This document shows, one piece after another, positions 8,921 to 20,032 of a stretch of DNA of 64,000 bases (positions within the stretch are counted from its first letter, which is position 1; every line of letters begins with the position of its first letter). This stretch comes from a virus (taxonomy: Duplodnaviria; Caudoviricetes), in IMG/VR virus record IMGVR_UViG_3300014204_000153, positions 1 to 64,000 of that record. One strand, written 5' to 3'. The notes below the pieces were generated by a model. That model worked only from the letters and a program-made list of their open reading frames with translations, had not been told where the DNA came from and made no database searches. A program made the position numbers and the translations under genes.

Positions 8921-11900
8921 GTGGGAATAAAAATACCAGTTAATGGAAGCACTATATTCTACGATATCAATCAAGAATATAAATTTGAAGTTGATCCGTC
9001 GTGGGAAGTGTCTCAGGGTATACATACTTTAAGATGGACATTTACTCTTATAAATGGTAATGTTCTTCAGTATTCTACAACTGGAGTAAGTTACTTAAAT
9101 CTTAATAAAGATCTTTTTTCTGCACAACTTGCAGATCGAATTCCAATTCAGCTTGTAGTAGATGAAATGTTTTCTGGAGTTGAACAAGATACATGGACTG
9201 CATCTTTTTATCTTGCTAAGAATCAAAGTAACATGCAAATTGCTTCTATAACTTCTCCATCATCTAGTTCTATAATGCCAGATTCTAGTGGAAATTACGT
9301 ATTCTCTGTTCAAAGTTCTTCAGAAATAACATCTGGAAAAATTACTTTAACATGGAAAATAACAGACCAACCAAGTTTCTATTTTCCAGCAATATTTGAG
9401 AGAACTATATCTGGTACTAATCTGATGACTGTTCCTACATCATCAGTGCCTTCATTCACAACTGTTTATACTTTATATGTTAAGAGTGTAGATACTGCTT
9501 CTGGAAACGAAATTGGATATGATGAAGTTCAATTTTCTTTTGGTAAAAAAGCTCCAGATAAACCAATTGTAATTTCTCCTTCTACTAATGCTGAAGTTGG
9601 ACAAAGAGTTACAGTTGCTTCTGAACCATATTATGGTTGGAGTACTTCTCCAACTAGTATGCGGATAATTATAACTGGTCCATTTTGGACTGGATATGAT
9701 AGTGGAAACATACCTTATTCAACAGAACATGTTATTCCACAATTGCTTCCAACGAATAAACCTCTAAGTGTGGTTTTAACTCATACTTCTGATTTTGGTG
9801 AGACTGCGTCAAGTGATCCAGTTGTATTTTATACAATTAAATCTCAACCGTCTAAACCAAGATTAATTACTCCAATAAATCTAAGTAATCTTAATTCTGA
9901 AATTCCTTTATCATTTTCTTCTTCAGATTATGAAGGAATGTTAGATTCTTTATTATATATTTCTGAATGGAAATTTTCAAAGACTTCAGATCCAAAGACA
10001 GATCCAAATGCTTCATCATATATTTTTACTCATAATTATGCTGGTTCTCCTAGACCATCTGTAAGTATACCAATTTCTTTTTTTAATGGTGGTTTAAGAT
10101 ATACTTTTGTTTTTAGATACATTGATTATGCTGGAAGAAATTCAGAGTGGTCAGATGTATATTCTATGACCACTAGAAAGAATGTACCACCTGCTCCTAT
10201 TTTATTAAGAGTTGTTGACCAAAGATCAGATGGAGTAATAACAACATCTATAATGCCAGATTATGCATCATATTCTGGAAATATAGATTATTCAGCTGTG
10301 TTTGTTACTAATATTCAAAATGATCTTAATAGTGCATCTGAAACAGATTTCTTTGGAAGTCCTTATGATTTTGAATTCACAATAGAACCAGGGCATAATC
10401 CTTATGTCTATGTAGCGTTTTTCAATGAACATGGTAGAGGTGATATTCTTGATATAACAAGTAATATTATCTGGTATGTTCCAATACAAAAACCAACATT
10501 AATGTATCCAGTTACATATATTCCAGCAGAGTACTTGAATCTTCAGCTCCAGGGAAATATATTTTCTGGTCCTGGAGTTATGAATAGTGCTGTATGGCAG
10601 ATATCAAGAGATCCTAATTTTTCAACTCTTGATTGGGGTGGTACTGGATATACTTTAATTGGCGATATTTCTTTAGGCAGAAACCAATCAGGTTCTGCTT
10701 CACAATTACTTATTTTAACAGATTATTATGCTAGGACAAAATACTGTACTAATTACGGTGGTGGTAGATGGTCTGATTGGTCAGATGCTGTAAAATTTAC
10801 TACAAGGGATATTCTTGAGCCTCTTGCTCCGACTATTCTTACTGCTGATGGAACTTCTTTTCCAACCTCAAACGTTTCTCTCCAACCTCTATTTGTTTCA
10901 TCTACATATTCACCAAGAGGAACTGAAGCAGGAGAACATAAATTTACTGATTGGGAAGTTACATTTGGAACTACTTCCACAGTAGATGAATATTCATATA
11001 AAGATGCTACTAATCTTGAATCTTGGACTCCATCTGAATATTTAAAATCTGCTTCGAATCTTAGAATAAGATCAAGATATTGGAATAAATCTGGTGCTGG
11101 AGCTTGGTCAAATTGGGCTGAGTTTATAACTTTATATGCTGCACCAAGTAAGCCTGGAATATTAAGTCCTCCTCAAAGTGGAACTGGAGTAAATGTTCTT
11201 GTCTCTCTTATAGGTTCTCAATATGTTGGAGACTATCCACATGAGGAATCTATTTGGCAAATATCAGCATCTGCAAATTTTACTAGTCCAGTTTTTGTTA
11301 GTACTACGACTGTTAATTTAGAATCTATTACAGTTGGTTCTGGTGTATTATCATATTTTACTAAGTATTATGCTAGAGTAAAATATAAAAATGATGCACA
11401 AGACTGGTCTGATTGGTCAGATGAAGCTGGAAGTTATAGCAGAGAATTTCTTACTCAGGTCAATATTCCAACTAAACCAACATGTACTTCACCATCTAAT
11501 AATGGAACATCTATATCTCAGAATCTAACACTTATCTCTTCTTCATATTCTGGAGATTCGATAAGTACTCATTCTCAGTCTAGATTCCAAGTATCTTTTG
11601 GATCATCATTTGATTCTATGGTTTATGATCAAATTACTGGACCATCGATAACTACAGTTGTTTCAAGCGGTTCATGTTTTGCTGCTGATTCTTTAGAAGA
11701 TTCAGATAAACTTGATGCTTGGACAGATCATTATTGGAGAGTAGCATATAAGAATGAAACTGGATGGTCTTCGTGGTCTAATCCATTTACATTCAAGACT
11801 TTACCGACTGTGCCTAAAGCTCCAATTAATACATACCCTTCAGATGGTACCAGACAAATATCGCTTCTTCCAACTTTTATTACAAGTAAATTTATTGGAA

Positions 11901-14900
11901 GAACTACTCATCTTTCAACATCTTGGGAACTACGGTCTTATGGTACATCTTCTTATGGTACATCTTCACAATTAGTATGGTTTAGCCCTTCGAATGGAAG
12001 TTGCCTTACTTCTATATCAGTTTCAAGTGGAACATTCCTTACATCTGGAACATCACTTGATAATGGCGTTTGGTATGAGTGGAGATCACAGTTCAATAAT
12101 TTCGTTGGAAGTTCATCTTGGTCAGATGAGACTAAGTTTCTTTCGGTAGTTTTATCTCCTCCAAATACCACTATAATTTTAACAAGTGGCTTATCTGAAG
12201 ATGTTCCAGTATCTGGAAACCAGTTTATATCTGGTACCTGGCAGGGTGGTGGATACGGAGAACATTTTGCTTCCAATTGGCAAATAGGAACAAATGCTTC
12301 ATTCGGTACTTCTCAGATTACAGAAGAATATATTTCTTATTCTAGAGAAAACCTAGAATCATGGACTCATTCACTTGATCTCCAAAGATTCTCGACTTAT
12401 TATACTAGAGTTAGACATGGTAATGAAACTGGTTGGTCATCATGGTCTTCTCCAGTAACTTTCAGAACAGTTGTTAGTCCACCTGAAAAACCAGTAAATA
12501 TATTTCCAATATCTGGAGCTACTGGTATTAATTGGATGGGTGAAAGTTCTTTTCAAAGTAGTAATTTTAATCCAGTAGAAACTCCACAATTCAGATCACA
12601 TCTTTATTCATATTGGCAATTTTCATCTGATCCTAATTTTACTGATGTGTATTATGTTGGAACCACAACTGGAACTGGAATAGCTTTAGCTAGTTTCCTT
12701 CTTGGTTCATGTGTTCTTAGCGGATTATCTAGTAAGTGGGTATATTGGAGAGAAGCTCATAGCAACATTGGTGGAATATCTGAATGGTCTGATGCATGGA
12801 TAATGAAGTTGCTTCCGAAAAGACCAGAAAAACCATCGATGATAAATCCAATAAATGGTAGTGAAACATTCCAAAGAAGCAATGATGCAGTAAAATCATC
12901 ACCATATATTGGAGAAGGAACTCATCTTAAAACTCAGTTCCAAATATTAGACGGAACTACAGAAACTATAATATGGCAAACTAAAACATTATATGAACCG
13001 TTATTCTTAGTATCTAATATAGTTAATTCTTCAATTGGTAATTTTCTTAATACTCATGCTGGTAGATCTACTTTAAGATTTAATGCTCAATATGGATTTA
13101 AAGTAAAGTATCAAAATGAAAATGAGCATGAATGGTCTGAATGGTCAGATTCAATTCTGGCTAAGACCGCTCTTGATGTTCCAAATAGACCTATACTAAT
13201 TTCTCCAACAGATGGTTCAGAAACTCAGTCTATTCACCCTGAACTTGTTACTGAAGAATATGTTGGTATGGGTAGTCATATTGCTACTAATTGGCAAATA
13301 TCATCGACTTCAACTTTTAGTTCTACTGATATAGTCTGGGAAGCTGTAGAAATTAATACGACTAATACCAGTGAAATGGAATATACAGTCGTAAATAATG
13401 TAAATGGTGCATTTAAGAATATATTAGTTGGAGAAGATTCTCTTGAATATAATTTAACTTATTATTGGAGAGCTAGATTTAAGAATGATACGGGTTGGTC
13501 TAATTGGTCTGAAACATCTTATTTTATTACTAAAGCTTCTGCTGATTCTATAACTAAAGTTCCAGAAATATATAAGAAACTTGATTATTTAGTAGATAGA
13601 ATGGTAAAACCACATGTTGGAAATAGATATCCAAAGTTTAAAGAATTCATTAGATGGTGGTTAAAATTTGTTAGTGAACAATCATCTCAGTTTATATTTT
13701 ACTTATCTGATTTTAAAACCATCAGTGATTTTTACAGTAGAGTAGAAACATTCGACTGGGCTCAAGAAATAAAAGATGCTCACTTCAGAGATTATATTTC
13801 TGATACATCATTAGATGTATTAGCTAATGTGGTATATGAAGGTAGAGAGGTAGACCCAGAAATACTTAGATTTATACGTTCTCTTAATGTTAGAAAAGGT
13901 TCACCAATTTCTTTTCAAGTTGCTTTAAAAGCTCTTGGATATGAAGTTACAGTTAACACAACTGGCCCATTTGAATATAATGTAGTAAATACAGATGGTA
14001 AGATAAGAACTGCTGATGACTTTAAAAAGTTAAATAAAGTTATAGAGTTGTTCCATCCTGCTGGTATGGATTATACAACTTCAGCAGAATTAATGTCTCC
14101 AATTTCAACTATGTCTCATAAAACTCTTAAAGACATAATCAGTGCACTTAACGTAACTGCTATACCAGCTTTCTTATCTACTGTTTATAATTCAAGTACT
14201 TTATCTGGATATCTTGCTGCTCTTAAGATAATGTTTTCATGGAGATATGAAGACGAAGATGATTATAAAGTAGAAACAAAAGTCGATTTTGGTTCAAGTA
14301 GTTTACTTCTTAATTCAGCTTTTGGAACCGGTCTTTCATTCTGGACTGTAATAGCTAAAAATGCTACTGTTACATTTGCATCCGGAACATCTGGTACAGT
14401 TAGGATAACCCAGGGTTCAAGTGCTGAATATGTTTCTCTTTGTACTCAGTTCCCAATTAAATGGGGTAGACTTTATGAATATGCAGTAATAGCTGGTACC
14501 GGAAATACTTATTCTGACTTCTTTACAGAAGGAACTACTTCTGCTATATTTGGAGTTTCTACTACTTTACCTTCTAGTACATCTGCTGTTGCTGTACTAG
14601 ATATTGCTCAGACGACATATGATAGTTTGGGTGATTTTACAGGTGATATGACTGGAAGTTTTAATACGTGTGGGACGGCTTGGTTATTTGAATTTAATCC
14701 GTATTTTATATTCCAAGTTTATACTAAGCCTTTTAAATATATCGAATTAACTTCAGCTCATATAGTTGAAGTAGAACCATCTGAAGCTGTTACCGGGTAT
14801 GGTCCATTTGATATACAAACTACTCCAATAATTAATTTCTCATTCGGAATGGGTTCAGCTTCTTTATATCATGAGAAATTTTCAAGATCTGTACAGAGAC

Positions 14901-14923
14901 CTGCTTGTTTGTTTAACGAGTAA
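8921..14923 (+). CDS. gp7: baseplate wedge protein, gp7-like, with about 10 FN3/Ig-like repeats (2000 aa)
   Basis: Follows gp6; repeated P.KP....P ... Y.R.RY....WS.WS..F.T units; C-terminal RKGSPISFQVALKALGY and FHPAG motifs. Confidence 0.65.
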   Translation: MGIKIPVNGSTIFYDINQEYKFEVDPSWEVSQGIHTLRWTFTLINGNVLQYSTTGVSYLNLNKDLFSAQLADRIPIQLVVDEMFSGVEQDTWTASFYLAKNQSNMQIASITSPSSSSIMPDSSGNYVFSVQSSSEITSGKITLTWKITDQPSFYFPAIFERTISGTNLMTVPTSSVPSFTTVYTLYVKSVDTASGNEIGYDEVQFSFGKKAPDKPIVISPSTNAEVGQRVTVASEPYYGWSTSPTSMRIIITGPFWTGYDSGNIPYSTEHVIPQLLPTNKPLSVVLTHTSDFGETASSDPVVFYTIKSQPSKPRLITPINLSNLNSEIPLSFSSSDYEGMLDSLLYISEWKFSKTSDPKTDPNASSYIFTHNYAGSPRPSVSIPISFFNGGLRYTFVFRYIDYAGRNSEWSDVYSMTTRKNVPPAPILLRVVDQRSDGVITTSIMPDYASYSGNIDYSAVFVTNIQNDLNSASETDFFGSPYDFEFTIEPGHNPYVYVAFFNEHGRGDILDITSNIIWYVPIQKPTLMYPVTYIPAEYLNLQLQGNIFSGPGVMNSAVWQISRDPNFSTLDWGGTGYTLIGDISLGRNQSGSASQLLILTDYYARTKYCTNYGGGRWSDWSDAVKFTTRDILEPLAPTILTADGTSFPTSNVSLQPLFVSSTYSPRGTEAGEHKFTDWEVTFGTTSTVDEYSYKDATNLESWTPSEYLKSASNLRIRSRYWNKSGAGAWSNWAEFITLYAAPSKPGILSPPQSGTGVNVLVSLIGSQYVGDYPHEESIWQISASANFTSPVFVSTTTVNLESITVGSGVLSYFTKYYARVKYKNDAQDWSDWSDEAGSYSREFLTQVNIPTKPTCTSPSNNGTSISQNLTLISSSYSGDSISTHSQSRFQVSFGSSFDSMVYDQITGPSITTVVSSGSCFAADSLEDSDKLDAWTDHYWRVAYKNETGWSSWSNPFTFKTLPTVPKAPINTYPSDGTRQISLLPTFITSKFIGRTTHLSTSWELRSYGTSSYGTSSQLVWFSPSNGSCLTSISVSSGTFLTSGTSLDNGVWYEWRSQFNNFVGSSSWSDETKFLSVVLSPPNTTIILTSGLSEDVPVSGNQFISGTWQGGGYGEHFASNWQIGTNASFGTSQITEEYISYSRENLESWTHSLDLQRFSTYYTRVRHGNETGWSSWSSPVTFRTVVSPPEKPVNIFPISGATGINWMGESSFQSSNFNPVETPQFRSHLYSYWQFSSDPNFTDVYYVGTTTGTGIALASFLLGSCVLSGLSSKWVYWREAHSNIGGISEWSDAWIMKLLPKRPEKPSMINPINGSETFQRSNDAVKSSPYIGEGTHLKTQFQILDGTTETIIWQTKTLYEPLFLVSNIVNSSIGNFLNTHAGRSTLRFNAQYGFKVKYQNENEHEWSEWSDSILAKTALDVPNRPILISPTDGSETQSIHPELVTEEYVGMGSHIATNWQISSTSTFSSTDIVWEAVEINTTNTSEMEYTVVNNVNGAFKNILVGEDSLEYNLTYYWRARFKNDTGWSNWSETSYFITKASADSITKVPEIYKKLDYLVDRMVKPHVGNRYPKFKEFIRWWLKFVSEQSSQFIFYLSDFKTISDFYSRVETFDWAQEIKDAHFRDYISDTSLDVLANVVYEGREVDPEILRFIRSLNVRKGSPISFQVALKALGYEVTVNTTGPFEYNVVNTDGKIRTADDFKKLNKVIELFHPAGMDYTTSAELMSPISTMSHKTLKDIISALNVTAIPAFLSTVYNSSTLSGYLAALKIMFSWRYEDEDDYKVETKVDFGSSSLLLNSAFGTGLSFWTVIAKNATVTFASGTSGTVRITQGSSAEYVSLCTQFPIKWGRLYEYAVIAGTGNTYSDFFTEGTTSAIFGVSTTLPSSTSAVAVLDIAQTTYDSLGDFTGDMTGSFNTCGTAWLFEFNPYFIFQVYTKPFKYIELTSAHIVEVEPSEAVTGYGPFDIQTTPIINFSFGMGSASLYHEKFSRSVQRPACLFNE

Positions 14924-14927
14924 TTGT

Positions 14928-14939
14928 CTAATAAATAGT
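14928..14939 (+). promoter_or_regulatory. late promoter variant CTAATAAATAGT
   Basis: Same 12-mer precedes the portal gene (46908-46919); intergenic. Confidence 0.55.
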
Positions 14940-14987
14940 TGAAACGAGAAAATATTGAATCTACACTTTTAATATAAGGATTTATAC

Positions 14988-15758
14988 ATGGGAAGCACTT
15001 CTTTTAATAGCCGCCAATTCAATAATGTTTTAGCTAGAGAACATTTTTTACTTTATGATGATACTGTAGCTAGAACTGGTGGATACTACCAAAGTAATAA
15101 TGAAATATTCTTTGCATTCTTTCAAAATAAACAAGCAGTCGTAGATGCTAATACTTGGAATGCATGGATTCTTAATGATGCTAGATCTGGTACTGCACCA
15201 GCTGCTAGTGATTCAAAGTATCCTGAATATTTCAATATAGATACTACAAATTGGAGAAATAAACTTCTTTATCTAGTTCCAGCTACTAGATTAATCATGG
15301 TTAAGAAAGATGCATCTGGAACTATTGCATATAATGGTCAGAATTGGTCAGCTATAACATCATGGGACGAAGAAGCTGTAACGACCGGTGCTGAGAACAG
15401 ATACATCTATTATGAATGTGATCTAATGTATTATGATTCTGCTTTAGCAGTATCAACAGGTATAACTTCTAAAAATATAATAACCGGTCTTGGAATTTAT
15501 CAGACTAAACTTAACGGAGCAACTGGTACTATATACTCATATGAAGGAACTGGTTGGACTTCTGTTAATTATGATAGTGGTGTAACAGATTATGTCTACT
15601 ATACACATGGAGCAATTAATTCTAAATCTGCTAGCACTGTATATGATAGTGGATTTTTTGGTACAGCTAATCTAGCTTTTAGATATCACGATACGTTCCA
15701 GAGTATAATACGTTCAGATACTCTACATACTGTGTTTTCTGTTATTATCGAAATGTAA
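14988..15758 (+). CDS. baseplate wedge protein, gp8-like (positional)
   Basis: AAGGA RBS; position after gp6/gp7; N-terminal R..N...F.....IFFAF pattern. Confidence 0.45.
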   Translation: MGSTSFNSRQFNNVLAREHFLLYDDTVARTGGYYQSNNEIFFAFFQNKQAVVDANTWNAWILNDARSGTAPAASDSKYPEYFNIDTTNWRNKLLYLVPATRLIMVKKDASGTIAYNGQNWSAITSWDEEAVTTGAENRYIYYECDLMYYDSALAVSTGITSKNIITGLGIYQTKLNGATGTIYSYEGTGWTSVNYDSGVTDYVYYTHGAINSKSASTVYDSGFFGTANLAFRYHDTFQSIIRSDTLHTVFSVIIEM

Positions 15759-15775
15759 GGCCAGAGGGAGATGAA

Positions 15776-16393
15776 ATGGCAGTAATCCAAAGAGTTTTAC
15801 CGACCGAAACATTTCTGTCATGGCTAGATAAATATAATGAACTAGCAGATGCAGCTAATCCTATAGGATCTGGTACATTAGAAATTAATAATCTTACTAT
15901 TAATGGAGTTGTTAGTTTCGGTTCTTCATCAGTTCCAAATGTAAAATCAGTACAGAGTTATGATTTCGATCCATACTATTCGCCAAAGATGGTAATGGTA
16001 AATGGAAAGATGACAACTGAATTCGCTGATAATAGAAATTGCGGAATATATTTCGCTTTTGATATGTCAGAATTCAGAGTTCTTTCATCAAATAGAAATG
16101 TTAAGTTTGGATATTCTACCAATTCTGCTGGTACTGGTAATACATATTGGAAATATTCATATTGGGTTAATCAATTAGGCCATGATATGAATATAGCAGA
16201 TGGAACCGGGTTTACAGTTGTAGATTCAACTGGAACTGCCGGAACATATAAAACATCAACAGTAGCAGTTCTTCCTATATCTGGGTTAAGCGATTCTTCA
16301 CTTAGTTTATTAGTAAAAATTGAAAGAATTGGAGCAAATGTATTGGATAGTTGTTCTAGTGCTATATACCTCCACGATATAAGAGTAGAGTAA
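15776..16393 (+). CDS. virion baseplate/fibre-associated protein, paralog 1
   Basis: GAGGGAG RBS; TETFLSWLDKYN N-terminal motif typical of T4-like fibre attachment proteins. Confidence 0.6.
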   Translation: MAVIQRVLPTETFLSWLDKYNELADAANPIGSGTLEINNLTINGVVSFGSSSVPNVKSVQSYDFDPYYSPKMVMVNGKMTTEFADNRNCGIYFAFDMSEFRVLSSNRNVKFGYSTNSAGTGNTYWKYSYWVNQLGHDMNIADGTGFTVVDSTGTAGTYKTSTVAVLPISGLSDSSLSLLVKIERIGANVLDSCSSAIYLHDIRVE

Positions 16394-16412
16394 TTACTAA
16401 ACTGGAGCATTC

Positions 16413-17021
16413 ATGTTTTCTAGAATAAATGAATCTGATTCTTTTTATATATGGGAAAGAGAATGGAATTCTCTAGCTGATGATATGAATCCAGCTGGAT
16501 CCGGATCTTTATCTTTATATAATGTATATGTAGATGGGTCTATTACTTTCGGATCTGCATATTTAACTGGACCATTTACTATTCAAAAATATGATTTAGA
16601 TTTATATTCTCCACCAGAGATAAAATCAAAATATGATAGAATATGTTCAGATATGCGAGATAATAAAAGAAGTGCTATTTCATTTATTCTTTTTCCAGAT
16701 AATTTTAGTTTAGCTGGTGGTACTTCTGTACCAGTTTACTTTGGATGTTCTTCAAATTGGTCTGGAACTTCAAACATTGTTATTGCTTATTCTTATTGGA
16801 TAAATAGAAATAATATAGCATTAAGTACAACTCCCGATGGAACTGGTGTTAAAATTATTGATTTTACTGGAACATCAGGAGAATATAGAAAAATAGAAGT
16901 AGCAGATGTTTTGATGAATGAAAATTATTCATCAGTAATTATAAGAATAGAAAGAATCGGAACATCAATTTTAGATAGTTGTTCTGGATCTGTGTATTTG
17001 TTCGATGTGAAAGCGGGGTAA
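16413..17021 (+). CDS. virion baseplate/fibre-associated protein, paralog 2
   Basis: Colinear with 15776 ORF (N.LAD..NP.GSG.L ... IERIG...LDSCS...YL.D). Confidence 0.6.
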   Translation: MFSRINESDSFYIWEREWNSLADDMNPAGSGSLSLYNVYVDGSITFGSAYLTGPFTIQKYDLDLYSPPEIKSKYDRICSDMRDNKRSAISFILFPDNFSLAGGTSVPVYFGCSSNWSGTSNIVIAYSYWINRNNIALSTTPDGTGVKIIDFTGTSGEYRKIEVADVLMNENYSSVIIRIERIGTSILDSCSGSVYLFDVKAG

Positions 17022-17026
17022 ATAAT

Positions 17027-17287
17027 TTGAGTCTTCCAAATGCGAATATTTTAACAGATGAAAACATTAGAGGTAATTCTGTCAAAGTTACTTATAATGA
17101 TATAGGTTTACCAACCATAGTAGATGCATTTGCTCCTGGTGGAACGACTACTATATTGGTTACTTATTCTGGTGGAACTGGTAATGTTACAGATATGAAT
17201 AGATATCTAAATGGTCAACAGGTGGAGTCTTCTTCTGTTACCTACGGCACATCGGGAATTACTCTATTAGACAACACCTGGATTTGA
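17027..17287 (+). CDS. small structural protein
   Basis: TTG start after GGGG; G/T/S-rich beta-type sequence in late operon. Confidence 0.5.
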   Translation: MSLPNANILTDENIRGNSVKVTYNDIGLPTIVDAFAPGGTTTILVTYSGGTGNVTDMNRYLNGQQVESSSVTYGTSGITLLDNTWI

Positions 17288-17302
17288 GGGAGAAAAATTA
17301 GT

Positions 17303-19945
17303 ATGATACAGATAGCGTGGTTGGCACAGATACTTAACTTTGTTAAGTCTGGAACAACTGATTCATCTTTAACTAATTCTGTTGGAGATTCAGTTGGTAA
17401 CAAAGCAGATACTGCGGTTTATTCTACGAGCACTACAAGTAGTTTAATGAGATATATAAAAGGAATACTTACAATATGCGGTATTGCAACCGTAGACACA
17501 ACTGATAATAATTACCAAAACCAGGCTGTTGGTAATAAAACTGATGCTGCTCAGACTACAGTTGGAACCACTCGTTCTATAATGGGATATGTAAAAGGAC
17601 TTCTAAATGAATTAGCGAAAGTTCCAAAGTCTGATGGTACGGTAACATGGAACCCTTATGCTGTAACCCAACTTAGAGATCAAATGGATGCTTCTGTAAT
17701 AGCTAATGTCGGTGCAGCTGCTATAGAAGTAAGAAATGTTGGTTCATCTATTATATATGCTGGAGAACTTTGCTTTTATAAATCTGATACATATGAAGAT
17801 GGAGATCTTACCCCAGTTGTTGGAATGAGTTCAGATCTTACTCAGTTTATATCTGGTTCAGGAGCTGGATATATAAACACAGATATGACAAGACAGTGGA
17901 ATCTTGAATTGTTTCCAATAAAAGATATGAAAAAATATATAATGCCAATATATGGTGATAAAAATAATATATGTGTATTTGGATTTGGTACATCTACTAC
18001 AAATTCATCATTAAAATTATTTACTGGACAGATAGTTTCTGTTTCAGATCTTAAACGTGGTATTTTATCTGGCACTAAGATGTTTACGCATAGATTAGAT
18101 CCAGGAGAATGTAATGTTCCTAGTGCTAGTAATCTTTATATTCATACATTAAGAAAATGTGAATTTGGTACTGAAAATAAAGTACTTTTAATGACAGTAT
18201 TTGATTCTGGAAGCAGATCATCTTTTTATGCAAGAGTTGGATCTTATGATTCTAATGGTGGTTCTTGGGGACCAACTGTAGAAGTTGGCACTAGTTCACC
18301 ACTTAGCGTTGGTGGTGCTTGGGGACTTAGTTTCGATTGTACATTTATAGGTACATCTAAAGCTATATTTGGATTTCCAAGCAACGGAACTAATTGGTCA
18401 CCAGGTGGACTTTATTCATATGGTCCCAATGATGGAAAGTTTTGTTTAAAAGTTGCTAATATACTTGGTGGTACTACTATATCTTCTGCTAATATTGTAT
18501 CTGGAACTCAGTCTTATATTACTTATGCTCTTGGTACAAATAATTTAGGTTATGTTTTTATATCTGGTTGTAATAAGATAGAACTTGCTGCATTAAATAA
18601 TGATAAATTTGCAGTTAAGTATTTAACTTGTACTGGTACTGGTGTATATTCCACTGCATCTGGAATGACTCAAGTATTTTCTAGAGTCTCTGTTGGAACT
18701 GTAGCTACTGGTGCAGGTATAACATTTACTTTCCCAGCTGCACAACTTCCAAGTTCAAATTCTGGATATGTACTAGAATTTGATTATGGATATTATGCTG
18801 CTACAGAAACTCCAGGAAAAACTCTTTGGAGAATGCAGGATAATGTGTTCTGTAGTTTTACTGGGGTTAATTTTAATGGAACTGGTGCATATGATCCTTC
18901 GCGAAGATATGATAGTAATTTTGATAATGGTTTTAGAGTATATTCAGTTTCTGGCCAAACTATAGAATTTGCTGGAACTGGTATGATTAATGGTAATAAT
19001 GGTATAAATCGGTCTTATGCACAAAATGTTATATCAGTTGTTCCTGAAAGTTTATTTTTAACTGGTCAAACACAACAGGGAACATCTATTTTTATACTTG
19101 CAACTCATAATGGTTCAAGTCAATATTGCAATTCAATTTATGGATATAAAGTAGCTAGAAGTGCTATTGGTGGTGGAACTACTTTATCATATACCACTTT
19201 ATTTAATCCTTCTGAACCAATTAATGAGGGTGCTGGTGTGTCTCAAGGTTTGGGTGGTATTTCTTTATGGACTTATCCATTATTAGCATCTACTTATTAT
19301 AGATATATTGGTAATGTTATAGCATTATATTCTGATGCTTTTGATTGGAACAAATATACTGCTATAAATTATTCACCAAAAATGTTTTTAACTGGAATAG
19401 GAAATACTCATCCAAAGTTTGTAACATGGGGAATGCAGTCAGCAGTAACAGTAGAACAAACAAATAGAAGTACATTTGGATTTGCTGGTATAGCAAGGAA
19501 TCAAATTTCAGTACTAGGTACTGGTTCTGTTGGAATAGCCGGAGTACTATTTGGTACTGCAGTTAATTGGGATATTTATCCAGGCGCTAGTTTTTATATT
19601 TTTGATAATGATGCATGGAATATGAATTCAACTAGATATTCTTCTAAGTACGTGTTTACTGAAAAATCAGATAAACTTAGAGTGAATAAAAAGTTTGCAC
19701 CAGTAGATGGAGCATTTTTAACACCAACTGGAACTGGAGCTTGGGTACCAGCTCCATGGACTACTAACTTATCTCCTGCTTATGGAATAGACTTCAGAGC
19801 AGAAGGAACGTCTATGCTTTCATTAGGGTTAAGAGCTAATATCTTTACCTCTGGAACTACACCAGCTGTCTTTCTGTATTCTACTGAATCTATAAAATGT
19901 GTAGGAAAAAATAGGTATATGATTCTAGATACAAGTAAAGAATAA
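17303..19945 (+). CDS. tail fibre / receptor-binding-like structural protein
   Basis: GAGGGAG RBS; repeated VGNK.D.A N-terminal units; G/S/T-rich beta-propeller-like body. Confidence 0.55.
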   Translation: MIQIAWLAQILNFVKSGTTDSSLTNSVGDSVGNKADTAVYSTSTTSSLMRYIKGILTICGIATVDTTDNNYQNQAVGNKTDAAQTTVGTTRSIMGYVKGLLNELAKVPKSDGTVTWNPYAVTQLRDQMDASVIANVGAAAIEVRNVGSSIIYAGELCFYKSDTYEDGDLTPVVGMSSDLTQFISGSGAGYINTDMTRQWNLELFPIKDMKKYIMPIYGDKNNICVFGFGTSTTNSSLKLFTGQIVSVSDLKRGILSGTKMFTHRLDPGECNVPSASNLYIHTLRKCEFGTENKVLLMTVFDSGSRSSFYARVGSYDSNGGSWGPTVEVGTSSPLSVGGAWGLSFDCTFIGTSKAIFGFPSNGTNWSPGGLYSYGPNDGKFCLKVANILGGTTISSANIVSGTQSYITYALGTNNLGYVFISGCNKIELAALNNDKFAVKYLTCTGTGVYSTASGMTQVFSRVSVGTVATGAGITFTFPAAQLPSSNSGYVLEFDYGYYAATETPGKTLWRMQDNVFCSFTGVNFNGTGAYDPSRRYDSNFDNGFRVYSVSGQTIEFAGTGMINGNNGINRSYAQNVISVVPESLFLTGQTQQGTSIFILATHNGSSQYCNSIYGYKVARSAIGGGTTLSYTTLFNPSEPINEGAGVSQGLGGISLWTYPLLASTYYRYIGNVIALYSDAFDWNKYTAINYSPKMFLTGIGNTHPKFVTWGMQSAVTVEQTNRSTFGFAGIARNQISVLGTGSVGIAGVLFGTAVNWDIYPGASFYIFDNDAWNMNSTRYSSKYVFTEKSDKLRVNKKFAPVDGAFLTPTGTGAWVPAPWTTNLSPAYGIDFRAEGTSMLSLGLRANIFTSGTTPAVFLYSTESIKCVGKNRYMILDTSKE

Positions 19946-19948
19946 TTT

Positions 19949-19956
19949 TATAAATA
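19949..19956 (+). promoter_or_regulatory. late promoter TATAAATA
   Basis: Exact T4 late consensus in intergenic gap, followed by two-hairpin leader. Confidence 0.7.
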
Positions 19957-20032
19957 GATTTAACTAATATCCGCTTCTCCCAATGAAAGCGGCTAACACT
20001 GCTCACATATGTGGAGCAGAGAAGGAGTAAAG

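Noticed and set aside
11936-11965. 15-bp tandem duplication (SYGTS twice) in the gp7-like gene
   Set aside because: Single in-frame slippage in a Ser/Gly/Thr-rich loop; not a VNTR or DGR signature
17303-19945. Diversity-generating retroelement target in the fibre gene
   Set aside because: No reverse transcriptase and no template/variable repeat pair seen in the window
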